Shown here: piece by piece, positions 52,301 to 64,000 of the stretch | Numbering within the stretch: the stretch's first letter is position 1 | Layout: every line of letters starts with the position of its first letter | Assembly: GCF_036321535.1 (NCBI RefSeq) | Contig: NC_087437.1 | Location: forward strand, 20,524,001-20,588,000 | Length of the DNA: 64,000 nucleotides | Source: Camelus dromedarius | Taxonomy: Eukaryota | Reading direction: 5' to 3' | Notes under the pieces: model-generated | The model's database searches: none | What the model was told of the DNA's origin: nothing | Seen by the model: the letters and a program-made list of their open reading frames with translations, nothing else | Position numbers and translations under genes: made by a program

Positions 52301-55300
52301 CCAACTTTCTATGGAATAATCAAGGAATAGTTTTTTGAGCCTTTTTAAGCAGAGACAATAGCACAGACCTCACACGTCCTAAGTTGAGAGCCTTTGGTGT
52401 GTTCTGAGAACTGAGAAAAGGCTGGAAGCAGTGCAGCTTAGAGTCCTGCCATCTTAACTCCTGTATGCCTTTAGAATGGAGGATGGGGGAAAGGAAATGC
52501 TTTACATAGAGAAGTGATTCTATCTGGTGTATTATAATAATAATGTTAATAGTTTTCAAACTGTCTAATTAGCCTTTCCGTCTGAAGTAGATTGTGTGTA
52601 ACAAATTGTCATTGTTTTTAATATTTTAGGGTTTGGGAAACGTAACGTTAGATCTTGTAGATTATAGATAAAACTGTTCTAAGAAATCATTAACAATTAT
52701 GCCTGCTTAAATATCAGTTTTCCACATTCTGTCATGTTGGACTATATGCTGTTTGGAGACTTGAAAAGAAAATGTCTGATTTTATTTCAGGTGAAATAAT
52801 TTTTAATGAAATCTTCGAGTGTTGTAACAAAACTCGAGTTTATTTCTTAAAACCAAAGATCTGAAAGGCAATGGTAGATAAGACAACACAAAAGTTAAAA
52901 AGCATGAGATGCCAGTCCATATTATACTGTTATAAACTGCCAGGGGTATGCTCCGGTATGTGATAGGTGGATTTGTAGGGGATCCAGGAAAAGCATGGCT
53001 TAAAACTCTTTGATACTATTTTTTCACTTATAATTGTAACACAAGCCCGCACAATTTCTTAGGCCTGGGGGTAGGGAATAGAGGCTGAGGTAATAGTGAA
53101 AGATTGATTTGAGGATGCTAACTTACAACACTGAGATTAACGGCAAGGCTGTTTGCATGTTACCCTTTAGGGCTTATAGCTCTTTTAACTTTCTTATGAG
53201 AAAGGATCTGATGGCAGAAACTTATTACAGTTGGTTGCATGGATCATTCAACTAAGAAGGTATTTATTCAGTATCATTAGTTGAGGACATTCATTAGTTC
53301 AAGACAATTATTAATTCATAAAATAGGAGGAATCTGCAGCTTATCAAGTAGGTATCGTAGTTGTGATTTTACTTTGTTATGTCAGAAACAGATTGTGTAT
53401 AATTTCTAAAAAGTTAAATTTTCTAAGACAGAAACAGGCTCGCAGACATAGTAAACAATCTTACAGTTACTGGGGAAAGGGGGTGGGAAGGGGTAAATTT
53501 GGGAATTGGGGATTTGCAAATGTTAGCCACTATATATAAAAAATAGATTTTAAAAAAGTTTCTTCTGTATAGCACAGGGAACTAAATTCAATATCTTACA
53601 ATAATGTTTAATGGAAACGAATATGTGTAGGTATATGCATGACTGGGACATTGTGCTGTACACCAGAAACTGACACATTGTAACTGACTATTCTTCAATT
53701 AAAAAAAAGTTAAATTTTCCATTTCACTGTGGATAGCATTTAAACCCATTTCTTTCAGATTTCCTTAATGAGGGAATCATAGTGAAGGTAATAAATATTT
53801 TTACAACTCACAATTACTTGAAAACTGTTGAGGTCCTAATTCATTATTCACTGAGATGAAAAGATACAGCTATTGCCTTCAAAGGATCAGAGGGAATTTG
53901 ACTTAAATTCACCCAGTCACTTTTTAGGAAGAACTGGGTGAGGTTAGAAGAATCCCTCAGGTGCCCTGAGATTAGTTTAATTGTACTCCTTGCTTTATGA
54001 TACTCCATTATCATTATTGTCTCAGTCATTCTTTTTAATATATTATTAAATGCAAGAAAAAAAATCTTTTTAACCTAATTAGAACTGGATTTAATATAAT
54101 GTAAGGGGCTTTTGTTTGCTTTGTTTTGTTTTGTTTTGTGAGCTGCAGTCACAGTTTGTTTGGACTAAAGGATTTTGTTAGTTATTCATATAATACAAAC
54201 TTCAGTGAAACTGAAGATTCAGTGTAGTGTATTTTGTATTCAGTAAATTAAACTACTTACATGTTACTTATCTAATATGACAAATTTGGAATAAAAGAAA
54301 AGGAAATCTAAAATGAATATTTTAAAATTCTGATTTCACTTCATGAATTAGAGGGTCATTATTAGAGTGGCATACTTCTACTATATTTTATTTACTTTAT
54401 TTAAAAAACTGTACTACTTTACTTATGTTAATAAGATTTTTCCTTTTTGCTTTTTAGGAACCGTGGGGAAAAGCGAATGGGCGCTTTTGAATGTGTCCGT
54501 AAGGTGTATCAGACAGATGGACTTAGAGGATTTTATAGGGGCATGTCTGCTTCGTATGCTGGCATATCAGAGACTGTTATCCATTTTGTTATTTATGAAA
54601 GTATTAAGCAAAAACTACTGGAATGTAAGATTGCTTCTACGATGGAAAATGAAGAAGAGTCTGTAAAAGAAGCATCAGATTTTGTGGGAATGATGCTAGC
54701 TGCTGCCACCTCAAAAACATGTGCCACGACTATAGCATATCCACATGGTAAGAAGAGTCGAGTGTATATAATATATAATCTGTTAATTCAGAAACTTTTT
54801 CCCACCCCAGCCAATGGCCCACTTACTAGAACGTTGATAATTTCCCCGAATTCCAGTATAACAAAATGCAGTTCATCATAATGGGATTGAATATGTATAA
54901 GTCACATAAGGCCATTTTAATAGGTCAGTATGTGTATGCTGTAGTAACATGGTGGTGATTTAGCATGGGCTCTGGACAATCAGATTTCAGCCCAGAGTCA
55001 GTGAGATTGCAGCCAGGTGACTTTTGGGCAAATTTCTGTTTTTTAAAAAAAGTATGGATGTAGGTCCTATACTAGATATTTTATATTATTACGTGTGTGT
55101 GTATATATATACACACATATATATATATGATACACATTATTGTTAATCTGCACAGAAATCCTGCAAAGTACTTATCTTCTCTATTTAAATGTAGGTATGC
55201 CAGAACATAACCAGAATTAACTTCATTTTCAGATGGGAAACCAAAGATGTTAAGATTAAGTAACTTGCTTAAGGTCACATAGCTTACTCAGTGGTGAAGC

Positions 55301-56842
55301 CCAAATTTGAATTGAAGTCTGTAATCCCAAAAACCAAGCTATTTTACATTGTTTCATGATGGCAAATAAGTATATATGAATGGTTTTTTAAAATTTCTGT
55401 CTTTTAAGTTTTACAGTATTAGCCTATTTCATTAATAATTGAGAAAATCACTTAAGAGTTTGCCTGCAACATGCTGAGGGTTTTTTGTAACTTTTTTTGT
55501 TTTGTTTAAGTGTAGCCTTTGATTTTGGTATGTTTGAAGTTTGACTTGGTTTGGGTTTTTAATCTTAGTGGTTCACTTTTGTTATGCTAATTAATATTTA
55601 CATTGATCCTTGTAAAGCTAATGCTCTGTGATTAAAGCCCCAATCAGGAAAAATGAAATAGGGCTAGAAAATGAGTATTTGCTCTAAAATGTAATTTACA
55701 AATAAAACCAACTCTTTACCCAAATTGGACTTCCAAGTAACCCCAGTTTACTGAGGCATGTTCCTAAACTTCTTTAAGAGAAGTCAAAATAGTACTAGCA
55801 GCATTGAGTAGCTTCTGACCTCCTGTGGGAGGACTAGATGGTGACCTGCTCGGGTGAGAAAGAGTTTTGGAGTCGTAAAGCACCCTGTCCCTTCAAGAGA
55901 GGTGACGTCATTATAAGAAGAGGTACAGTTTATAAGCAGAATATTTTGGAGTGGAATATATAAATGGCATGGATTTTTAAGAGAGAGGACGTAAGAGATT
56001 TCAAATATTAACATTTGCAGTGAAAGTTACTTTCAGTCATTTCCCTCGGGCCAGTAAGGAGTAGTGTGTTGAAAAAGTTTAAGATCCCTCTCAGCTCTAA
56101 AGGTTTATGATTTTTTTTGCTTTTCAGAAGGGGCCTCTTAGCTGACAGCCAGTATTTTAAACATTTTGAGCCTTATTCTCATGAAATTTCATGTTGGTAT
56201 ATGTGGATCATTGTGAATAAATTAATAATTCTTTTTTCTCATTGTAATACCCACTATTAAGAAATCTTTTCTGCTTGTTTCTCACTGTATATTTCTGTAT
56301 TCTTCTTTCATACCACCTCCATTCTCTTTCCTGCTTCACCTTTTTTAAAAAAATCACATCTGTTCTCCTTTGTATTTATCCAGTATACAACTGATACTTT
56401 TGTTTCATTCTATTTTTTACCATTCAGGAGCCTATGAAATTTTATAATTAGTACATATGATTTTAGCCAGCTATCTCAGGAGTTTGTATTATTATAATAA
56501 CTAGTTTCAGTAAGTTACACATTAAAAATCACTCCTCATTTATCGTAAGTTCACACTTAGTTTGATAAATAGGATATGCTCAGTATTAGGAGGATGTAAA
56601 GATATCATTTGTGTTTAAATAAAATGGCTTTATTTTTTTCCCATACAGAAGTTGTTAGAACAAGACTACGTGAAGAGGGAACAAAATACAGATCTTTTTT
56701 CCAGACACTATCTTTGCTTATTCAAGAAGAAGGCTATGGGTCTCTTTACCGTGGTCTGACAACTCATCTGGTGAGACAGATTCCAAACACAGCCATTATG
56801 ATGGCCACCTATGAATTGGTGGTCTACCTGCTCAATGGATAG
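25274..56842 (+). CDS. SLC25A36: Solute carrier family 25 member 36 (mitochondrial pyrimidine nucleotide carrier); spliced CDS join(25274..25314,38027..38191,41530..41607,43726..43826,51679..51745,54458..54747,56649..56842), 311 aa
   Basis: Exon lengths 41+165+78+101+67+290+194 = 936 nt with compatible phases and GT-AG introns. Translation [35 protein letters not shown]...[13 protein letters not shown]...[15 protein letters not shown]...[12 protein letters not shown] has three mitochondrial-carrier repeats and matches my recollection of SLC25A36. Confidence 0.97.
28790..29680 (+). mobile_element. hAT-Charlie DNA transposon (Charlie1-like), decayed
   Basis: ggcagacattttctc...cttcaaggaaaac and aaatgaccagtgcatgatgtta...atatccacaattatctg match Charlie1 transposase remnants as I recall them. 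Confidence 0.75.
29730..30820 (-). mobile_element. L2 LINE fragment
   Basis: Purine-rich aaggtgacttttgaacaaagacc...gatgagatcactaagggag...tggtgaccttg. Confidence 0.75.
32165..32237. repeat. (GGAA)n microsatellite
   Basis: About 17 units, mostly perfect. Confidence 0.97.
34730..35229 (-). mobile_element. Internally deleted Tigger1-like element
   Basis: TA-flanked; TIR cagacatacct...atgtgcct; gcatataaaagttatgttt. Confidence 0.75.
34922..35115. mobile_element. Tigger2-like MITE nested in the Tigger1 element
   Basis: TIRs cagttgacccttga...tcaagggtcaact, preceded by TA. Confidence 0.8.
35606..36015 (+). mobile_element. Second internally deleted Tigger1-like element
   Basis: TA|cgggcacacc...gaggtatgcctg|TA. 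Confidence 0.75.
36950..37084 (-). mobile_element. tRNA-Ala-derived SINE (Vic-1-like)
   Basis: ggattgaacccaggacctcctgcatgctaagcatgcattctaccactgagctata; TSD-like atactttttt. Confidence 0.9.
38027..38191 (+). CDS. SLC25A36: SLC25A36 exon 2 ([25 protein letters not shown]...PGPLHCLK)
   Basis: Acceptor tttttttgtag|, donor AA|gtgaga; contains signature motif 1, PLEVVK. Confidence 0.96.
39260..39970 (-). mobile_element. Old L1 3' portion (L1MB-like)
   Basis: tttattgagatataatttacatac...gaggaactgccaaactgtt. Confidence 0.85.
41530..41607 (+). CDS. SLC25A36: SLC25A36 exon 3 ([26 protein letters not shown])
   Basis: Acceptor ctctttcag|, donor AG|gtaaaa; carrier EG..LFRG motif. Confidence 0.96.
42030..42830 (-). 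mobile_element. Ancient L1ME-like fragment
   Basis: ttattgatagacctttag...tgtgaattacc...ctttgcccattttc. Confidence 0.55.
43726..43826 (+). CDS. SLC25A36: SLC25A36 exon 4 ([34 protein letters not shown])
   Basis: Acceptor ttattttag|, donor G|gtatga; in frame. Confidence 0.96.
47563..47665 (+). other. SLC25A36: Candidate poison (NMD) cassette exon in SLC25A36 intron 4
   Basis: tctattttag| acceptor and CTC|gtgagt donor, 103 nt; in frame after exon 4 it reads [14 protein letters not shown]. Confidence 0.7.
51679..51745 (+). CDS. SLC25A36: SLC25A36 exon 5 ([22 protein letters not shown])
   Basis: Acceptor ttgtttag|, donor AG|gtatgt; signature motif 2 is PIWLIK, with Trp in place of D/E as is typical of this nucleotide-carrier subfamily. 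Confidence 0.96.
53424..53703 (+). mobile_element. Young 5'-truncated L1 insertion in intron 5
   Basis: L1 3' UTR with A tail; perfect 16-bp TSD aaaaagttaaattttc at 53408-53423 and 53704-53719. Confidence 0.9.
54458..54747 (+). CDS. SLC25A36: SLC25A36 exon 6 ([28 protein letters not shown]...TTIAYPH)
   Basis: Acceptor ctttttag|, donor G|gtaaga; lies within ORF-track entry 54447..54881. Confidence 0.97.
55130..55340 (-). mobile_element. MIR SINE, preceded by a TG/TA/CA simple repeat
   Basis: cattttcagatgggaaac...aagtaacttgcttaaggtcacatagct. Confidence 0.75.
56649..56842 (+). CDS. SLC25A36: SLC25A36 exon 7 coding part ([14 protein letters not shown]...ELVVYLLNG*)
   Basis: Acceptor ccatacag|; stop TAG ends at 56842; lies within ORF-track entry 56609..56842. 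Confidence 0.97.
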
Positions 56843-59800
56843 CACCACCAGGCTGCTGTACTATAAAGAGGGAAGACCAAAAGATACAGTGGACCATGGA
56901 GTACCGAAGCCAGCATGGTGGACAGAAGAAAAATAGTTTGGGAACATGGAACTATGCCTACGTGGAAGTTTGGTTGTAGAAATAAAAGAAATAATAACCA
57001 CATTACTTAGTCTCTTTAGTAATGTGGGGGGAAAAAAAACCTTGGCTGCCTCCAAGAAAAAGCCTTTAGATGCACTCCTTCCTCAAAATTGCCATTTTCT
57101 CTACCATGTCCTTGGGACACAGTTGCATTTTGTTGATTTATGGCAATCAGAGTATAGTGTTTATTCCATGAGCACTTTTCCAGTCTTTAAGACAAAGCCA
57201 TCCCTAATTACATACCATACAGTAACTATCCAAAGATGGTATTGACAGACATAAATTTCTAACTTCTGGCTTCTGCATAATTCCTATAAAATTGATAAAT
57301 AACAATAGTGAGATCTGCAGTATTATTTTTACATTTCCTTCAGAGGATCTGACACAATACTTTGAAGTTAAGTATTTGGCATTAGTAGTCAGTTTTTGAC
57401 AACTCATGAAATAATGTCTAAATACCATGTATATTTTCAGCTTTAAAATGTTTTGGTTTCCACTCACAGGTGCTTTATGTTTAGCATAATGTGAACACTT
57501 AAGTTGTTTATTAACGTATTGACTCAAATGGTGATAGTTCGGGACAAAATAAACTGATAAAATGTTGATTTTTGGCCACTTCAGTAACTTAAACATGTCC
57601 TCTTATCTTTTCTAACATGGACGAATGTCTTTTTAGTAATGTATTATTTATGAACTTGAATGATTACCTATCATCCCTAGGTATCGTTTTCTTAAAGTGA
57701 AAAAAATTTACCTCTTCTGAATCTTTCTCTATTTGGTTTATCTTAAGAGTTTGAACTTTTGAATTATTTCCAGAACTTCTGCATATATTGGATTTATTTA
57801 GTAGAGAAAATGGTAATTTTCAGCTCTGCCCTTTACAAGGTGGGTTTTTTTTTTTTAAGATGACATTGTAAATATCTGAGGCGGCATAAACATTATGGAA
57901 GAGGGGCCCTCTGCTGTCTGATTGAGCAGGTAGGGATCCTAATTGACTTACAGTTTTGTAAGTGAACAAAATGCTTTTGACAAGAAATTTATTCCATCCT
58001 AATTTCTTGAGTGATAAATCATAGAAAGATTCAGGTTAATTCAGGTTAAGTTTGTTAACAGGATAGAGCTTTTACATTTTGCTATTGCATTCAACTGCAC
58101 CTTTTAATACTTTAAATGTATTATATATATATGGCCCTTATGAAGATACTTGCTGTAATTGTATTAAAAGACTTTTGCTTTGGATGTTGCTGTACTGGTG
58201 TATGAAACTTACACAATTAAACTCCAGTGTGGTACTCATTTCGGTATATATGAACTGTTCATTTTGTGCAATGGCTTTATCTTAGGAATGACTTTTTGTG
58301 AATGCACTTTGTGGCCTTTTTTTAGGGGGGATGGTGAGCGTAGGAGAGAATTCCCATGTTAAAATTATTTTTTTAAAACATTGGTTATGTATTAGGCAGA
58401 AACAGTGTTCATAACATTTTCCCGGGGTTTAGGTATGTTGTTTTGGAGATCTTTAATATAAATGTTAGAAGTATTCTGTGTACACTGTAGTGCCCCTAAC
58501 AGAAGATTGTAGCATGTCATTGCAAGCTTTCTCTGCTGTCACCAATGAAACACAGTGCCCTCTTAAATTCCTCCACCTTCTTAACTTCCTTGTAACCAAC
58601 AGTAACTGGATGTTTTTGAGGTGCTTTGATTGGAATTTAAAATATTCCAATCTATTTGGAGACCAAAGGCAAATTCAGTTTCATCACCTTTGGGATTATT
58701 CATACCTTTTATGGTGAATTTCAGTTTTGACATTTATTGTGAGGAACATGCCAAAAAAGAAAACAGTTATAGGGGTTTCTAACTTAAATCTGTAGAGAAA
58801 GTATCAATCTAGTCTGTTTTCATTTTCAGGTGCCACTTACACTGCCTAATATAGTGCCATTTGCCTTGTGAAGATCTGTAACCATTAGTGTACTGAATGT
58901 AGGACAGGACTCTAATCTTCGTGATCTCAGTACCCCACAAATGATTAAGAATGACATGAAGACCAGCAGCTAAAGAACATCTTATTTAGTTGTAGCAAAT
59001 TCGTAACAAGTGTCCTTCAAGGATGAACACATATTCTATTCCTGTTTGTATTCGTATTAACCTTTTAGTGCATTATATCGAGCTTTTAGCATTGAGCATA
59101 TGTGTGTGCTGAAAGGAGAAGATCTCGAGTGTTAGCCTTTGTTTCTTTGTGTGACAACTGGAAAGGAGCAATGAAGTTTATTTCAATTGTTTTTCCCCCA
59201 AAGTAGAATCTGCCATAGTTTATGTGTGACAGAGATAATTTTAAAAGACAACTTTATATAAAAGTTGTATATAAAGTTTGTCTCGGAAACATTTTTGGGG
59301 GAATTTTTTTTTAATTGATGCAAACGTTTAAAAAGAAGAATACATTTAAAGCATTGGGCTTTTTTTAAAAAACTTATTTTCATCTAATTTCTATTGGATA
59401 ACTTTTTATTTTATGGTGTAGATGTAGTCAGCACTCTTCAAACTGGTATGTACTTTTGTTAGAGAATCTTCCCAGAAAATTAAATTGAACTCATTCAGGC
59501 TACAGCAGTACGTACTGGAAGAACATACCCTCATAGAGGAGCCGACAAGAACTTTGATACCTATAGCTCACAGAAACAGTTTATTAAATTTCAAGAGTCT
59601 CAAATCTGAGAATGACCAACCTTTGATTGATTGTCGGGTACCATTCAGTGCTTTTAAATCCAGGAAAAAAACTATCACCAAAGCTTTTGTCTTGGTTTTC
59701 ATTATGTATGTAACTTTGTGTAATCAACCTTACTAGATAGGACCCATGAGTAATTGATTTGTAACTCTGGAACCGCGAGAATGTTAACTAGATTATTTAA

Positions 59801-60560
59801 TACAGCCTTTTGTCTCCTTAATACCTAACGCCCTTGGTGGAAAAGCATTATTAGGACCAGCAGAGTTTGGGTTGCTAAAAATGTTTACTCTTTATTACTA
59901 GAATATAAACGTGTCAGCATTTTTAGATTTGTTTTAAATCACTAAAAATACCGATCTTGAAAGACTTACGTGCTAGGAATTAGTTTATCCTCCACTCTTC
60001 CAGCGTTGTTCGTGCCACCTTTTGTTGTTTACATGCTCTTCTGCCCAGACTTAGTACTGTAGGGACCCCTTTTGGGCTGATATGTTTAATGGTTCAGCCT
60101 TTTTCTCCTGTAGTATTGATCATGACTTTAACATTCCTAAATCAGATACTTCTGAATGATTTAAATTGGAAAGAACTTCAACTATATAAAAGTATTTAAT
60201 ACAATATACTTTCTGCCTACACAAATCTCTTCTCCAGTGCCCTTATATTTCTCAATCTATACTCTGCTTTTTATGCTACTTTTAGAAACTGAAGTTTCTA
60301 GTTTTACTCAGTTTTTGTGTTAATAAACATTTTGAATGTGTACACCCCTGCATATGTGAACAATTAAATTATGACCTATCAGTCATAGCTAAATAATCAA
60401 CTTCAAAGAGTTGATAGCCTTTGACCATTTATGTGAAGTCTGCTATTCTTGCATTTCTGTATGTGGCTGTAAATTATGTGCATTTACTCTATTTATGTTA
60501 ACTAGCTGAATTTTATTTGAATTGTTAAAATTCAAAAATTAAAATATGCTTATGAAAATC
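56843..60560 (+). other. SLC25A36: SLC25A36 long AT-rich 3' UTR (end approximate)
   Basis: No recognisable repeats after the stop codon, up to a poly(A) signal cluster at 60322-60588. Confidence 0.65.
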
Positions 60561-60580
60561 TGGTGTGTTGGGTTTTGTCT
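60538..60580 (+). terminator. Probable distal polyadenylation site
   Basis: ATTAAA at 60538-60543, followed about 20 nt later by the GU-rich ggtgtgttgggttttgtct. Alternative AATAAA hexamers at 60322 and 60583. Confidence 0.55.
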
Positions 60581-62569
60581 ATAATAAATCTTAATGTTTT
60601 GATATGGTGAGAATATAATCACACTTTCTTAGGATTATGTGCAGAACAGAAGTACTACCATTTTCAAGTTTTAGGGTCCTACCTGCTAGACCTAGTAATA
60701 GATGTCATGAGGAATCAAAAGGTCAAGTAAAGTAATCTCACTCCCTCATAGTTAAGGAAGAAATTTCTGTTCTTGCCTATTTTCCACAGGTTTATTGATC
60801 TGTTAAGTCCAGTACATTTCATGTATCAAAATACCTAATTTGCAAAGAATATTTCGGAAGTTGGACCCTGATTAGGTTATTTGATGCCTCCCTGGGTGTT
60901 TGTTTAACATTAGAAGCTTCTATTTGTTTTAGTTTCAACCTTTAGTAAAGCTATGAATATTGAAGAGCTGGAAACTTGTTAGAATAGTCAAGTCCACAAA
61001 TGGTAGGTTGAAATACAAGTGAGACAGATTTAAGTGTTATGTACAGGTACCTACCCACTTGATATTTTGTCTATTTTGGTTTTTTTAGGTTTCCTCAAAT
61101 TGTAGCTACCATCCAGCATCACCCAGTTTTGTACATGAGGAATCCAGGACAAATTTGTCATGTTGCATTTCTCAACTTAAAGCTGAAGTTGGCCTCCCGA
61201 CAGTACTCTTCCCAATGAAGACCAAAATACTGGGTAGAGTGAAGATACTGTCAAAATAATGGTTGAGGTTGGTATGACTTAGCTCAAGTGTCCCAAGTTT
61301 AAATTGTGTCTGTGTGTTCATTACCAAATAGCCAGGAGCTGTGATGGAGGAAGAAATCTGAGTTTATGGTTTCTTAATGTTCCAGTGTGACATCTATACA
61401 ACTGGTAAAACTCAGGCAAGCAAGCAAAGTGTACTTAAATGATTTCTGTTGTTAATTCTTTGCATTGCACAGACCAGCTGTCTGCCTTTATGTACGGAAT
61501 TGATTCAGTAATTTGAAATTTAGAGTGCTAAGTTTACACAGTGATTTCGTGTGATTTCCCAACAGCCTATAGATTGGGTGGATAGATGTGATATTAAAAG
61601 GGTTTTAGTTACAGCTGGGTGTTTTTGATTTGGATGTTCTAAATCTTAGTCCTGTGTTTATTCACTGCACTAGGTTATTCATCGGCACTTGGGATGACAC
61701 TTAGATGATACTTTTTTAAAAGCACACCCCTATTTAAAGGAAAGATCTACGAGGATTGGCTCAGAATGAAACACTGAGAAGTAATGAGAAATGGAGCTCA
61801 GTATGTAAGTTGGAACAATGTGAACTGAATCTTTGAAGCTGATTTATACAGAGCTTAGACTACATCCTGAGACTACTGGAGAGGCACTGGATTTTCTTTT
61901 CCCCCAAAGCATTCTTGTGATATAGAAAGTCAGACTTAGCAAACATTAGATTCAATTTGTCTTAGATGAGCTACCTTCATGATAGTACCTGTGAGCCTCA
62001 GGGATGTCCTAGGTTCTTAAGTGTTATGATGATTATTTCTCTTAGAAAAACCTGGAAAGGTTGCCTGGAAAAAATAGTATTTTAACCAGGCTTTAAAACA
62101 AGGATGGAAATTTGATGGGCTGATGTAAGGAGGGGCTTTCCTCGTTGAAGCAAAGATCAAAATTTTCTAATAGCCCATTGGGAGAAGTAACCCATTTTCT
62201 TTTATAATTCCAGGAAATTGACTCAAAAAGTAACTGTCTTGACATTTTGAAATTAATGGAAGACCCAAAATTCTAAACCTAGTCAAATTCAAAGGAGCTC
62301 ATCACATTCAGCCCAACAAAATTTAGTTTGTTTTCTGTGACCCAGGTCCCTACTCCTTAAAGCACCTCATAATTTCTCTTTGAGTCTTTCATTGTCAAGG
62401 ATAAATAGCCCATTTTCAGCCACTACTGAATCTTAGCTTTCACGATTATCTAATAAGACTGATCAAAATTGTATGAACTAGGTATTTTAGTGGCCCAGGT
62501 CATTTGACCTCTATCTTCCTAAACTATATACTGATTTTTAGTTTTGTTTTTTTGTCTCTACACCCCTGG

Positions 62570-63090
62570 TAAGTATGGTAGAGCAACTGGACAAAAATAT
62601 GAATAAATATGAACAATTGCTTCACCATACACAAAAGATGAATGATAGGCCTAAAGGTAAAAAAATGAAAATGTGTTGGCAAATGTTCTTAGCAGCTTTA
62701 TTTCTAAAGGTTGTCATCAAGAGAAGGTCAATTTATATTCAAACAGTAAAATACTGCATTGTAAAAACAAAAGTGAATTATTGATACATGCAATAGTATG
62801 GATGAGTATATGTTAGGTGAGAGAAGCCTGGCTCAGAATAGTATATACTGTAATCCAGTTATGTGAGGATCAAGAACAGGCGAAACTAGTCCACATGATG
62901 GAAGTCAAATTACTGTTTACGTGGAGGTATGGATGGGGAGTTGACTAACAAGGGGGGCCTAGTGGGACTTTCTAGGGTGATGGAAATGTCTTATAAACTG
63001 ATCTGGGTAGTGGTTAAATAGGTGTGTACACAATATGAAAATCATTGCTATACATTTAATATTTGTTCACTTTAAACATATATTTAAAAA
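62570..63090 (+). mobile_element. Ancient L1ME-like 3' end
   Basis: atgttcttagcagctttatt...tgatacatgcaa...ttctagggtgatggaaatgtc. Confidence 0.7.
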
Positions 63091-63639
63091 TCTAATAATA
63101 CAGAATGAAAATAGTTCAGGAAAAGAACAAATCTTGAGTGAAAGCTATAGAATGAAACCCATGAAGACTGGTGATACTGGAATTACCAAAGTAGAGTTCA
63201 AAAAATAATCATGCTTAATATGTCTCAAGAAACAAAATAGAGGTTTTTAAAACAAATATATGATTTTGATATCATGAGTAAACTGGACCTCTGAGCAACT
63301 CGCCTCTTCCATGACGGCTAATTTCAGAACATACTTTTTAAGACATTGCTGGCAAAAAACAAAAGGGTTCCCCAAGGACTTTTTCTCCTTCCCTACCCCA
63401 CCCCAAGCCCAAAGCTAAACAATTAGAACTAAATCTAGATTAATCAGAGTAGGGGCTGGTGCTGTGGCTTACATGACCAGGAGCAATTATATCTGGGGGA
63501 TGGGGCTGAAGAGGAGGGGAGTCAGAGCAGGATGAGGTGCTTCCAGGATAGGGGTACTCCCTGGATACCAGTAGAAGCAGAATCAAATTGTTGGAGGAAA
63601 ACTTTCCAAGTTAGGCCTACAGAACTCCCGCAGCATTAC

Positions 63640-64000
63640 TTGATGACCACCCAGCACATAAGACCAGCCACTACAAATAGTAACAGACATGGAAACAACA
63701 GATTTACACCATCAAGGACTTAATATGTTCCAGTTGTCAAGAGATAAAATGCAGAGTAGCTGGAATTACAAAAATGAACATACAATAAGAAACATAAATA
63801 AACAGACTTTAAAAGTTAGTGGTAAAAATGAAAAATATAGGGACCGGCCAACTCAATGGGTAAGTCAAAAATGGACTAGACATAACTGAAATGATTTAAA
63901 CTTGAAGATATATCTAAGTAACTGACCTAGAAGACAGCAAAGAGAGATAAAAGGACTGTATGAAAGAGATGTTAGATATGGAGGATGGAATGAGAATATC
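63640..64000 (+). mobile_element. Possible ancient L1 ORF1 region remnant
   Basis: A-rich; aactcaatgg...actagacataactgaa...cttgaagata...agatatggagga resembles ORF1 coiled-coil DNA. Confidence 0.45.

Noticed and set aside
1..64000. CRISPR array, operon or prokaryotic/viral insert
   Set aside because: No regularly spaced repeats and no long intronless ORFs; composition is mammalian throughout.

Overview
Mammalian genomic DNA, most likely from a camelid: it carries several tRNA-Ala-derived SINEs resembling the camelid Vic-1 family, which is an inference from repeat content. The window holds one complete protein-coding gene on the + strand, SLC25A36 (mitochondrial pyrimidine-nucleotide carrier, PNC2). 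I assembled it by hand from 7 GT-AG exons (25274-25314, 38027-38191, 41530-41607, 43726-43826, 51679-51745, 54458-54747, 56649-56842), giving 936 nt, 311 aa and an intact frame. It has a CpG-island promoter and a 3' UTR of about 3.7 kb. The first ~24.7 kb and last ~3 kb are intergenic and rich in repeats (MIR, L1, L2, MaLR and ERV1 solo LTRs, SINEs); introns add Charlie and Tigger DNA transposons. I found no prokaryote-style system (CRISPR array, operon or similar) and cannot claim a novel system. The most interesting signals are several possible layers of post-transcriptional control on SLC25A36: a uORF whose stop overlaps the main ATG (ATGA); a cluster of stop-containing candidate cassette exons and a recursive-splice-like site in the nearly repeat-free intron 4; and a NAGNAG acceptor that could delete the acidic residue of the third carrier signature motif. 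Some of these may already be annotated in other mammals. Repeat boundaries and subfamily names are approximate and were called by eye.
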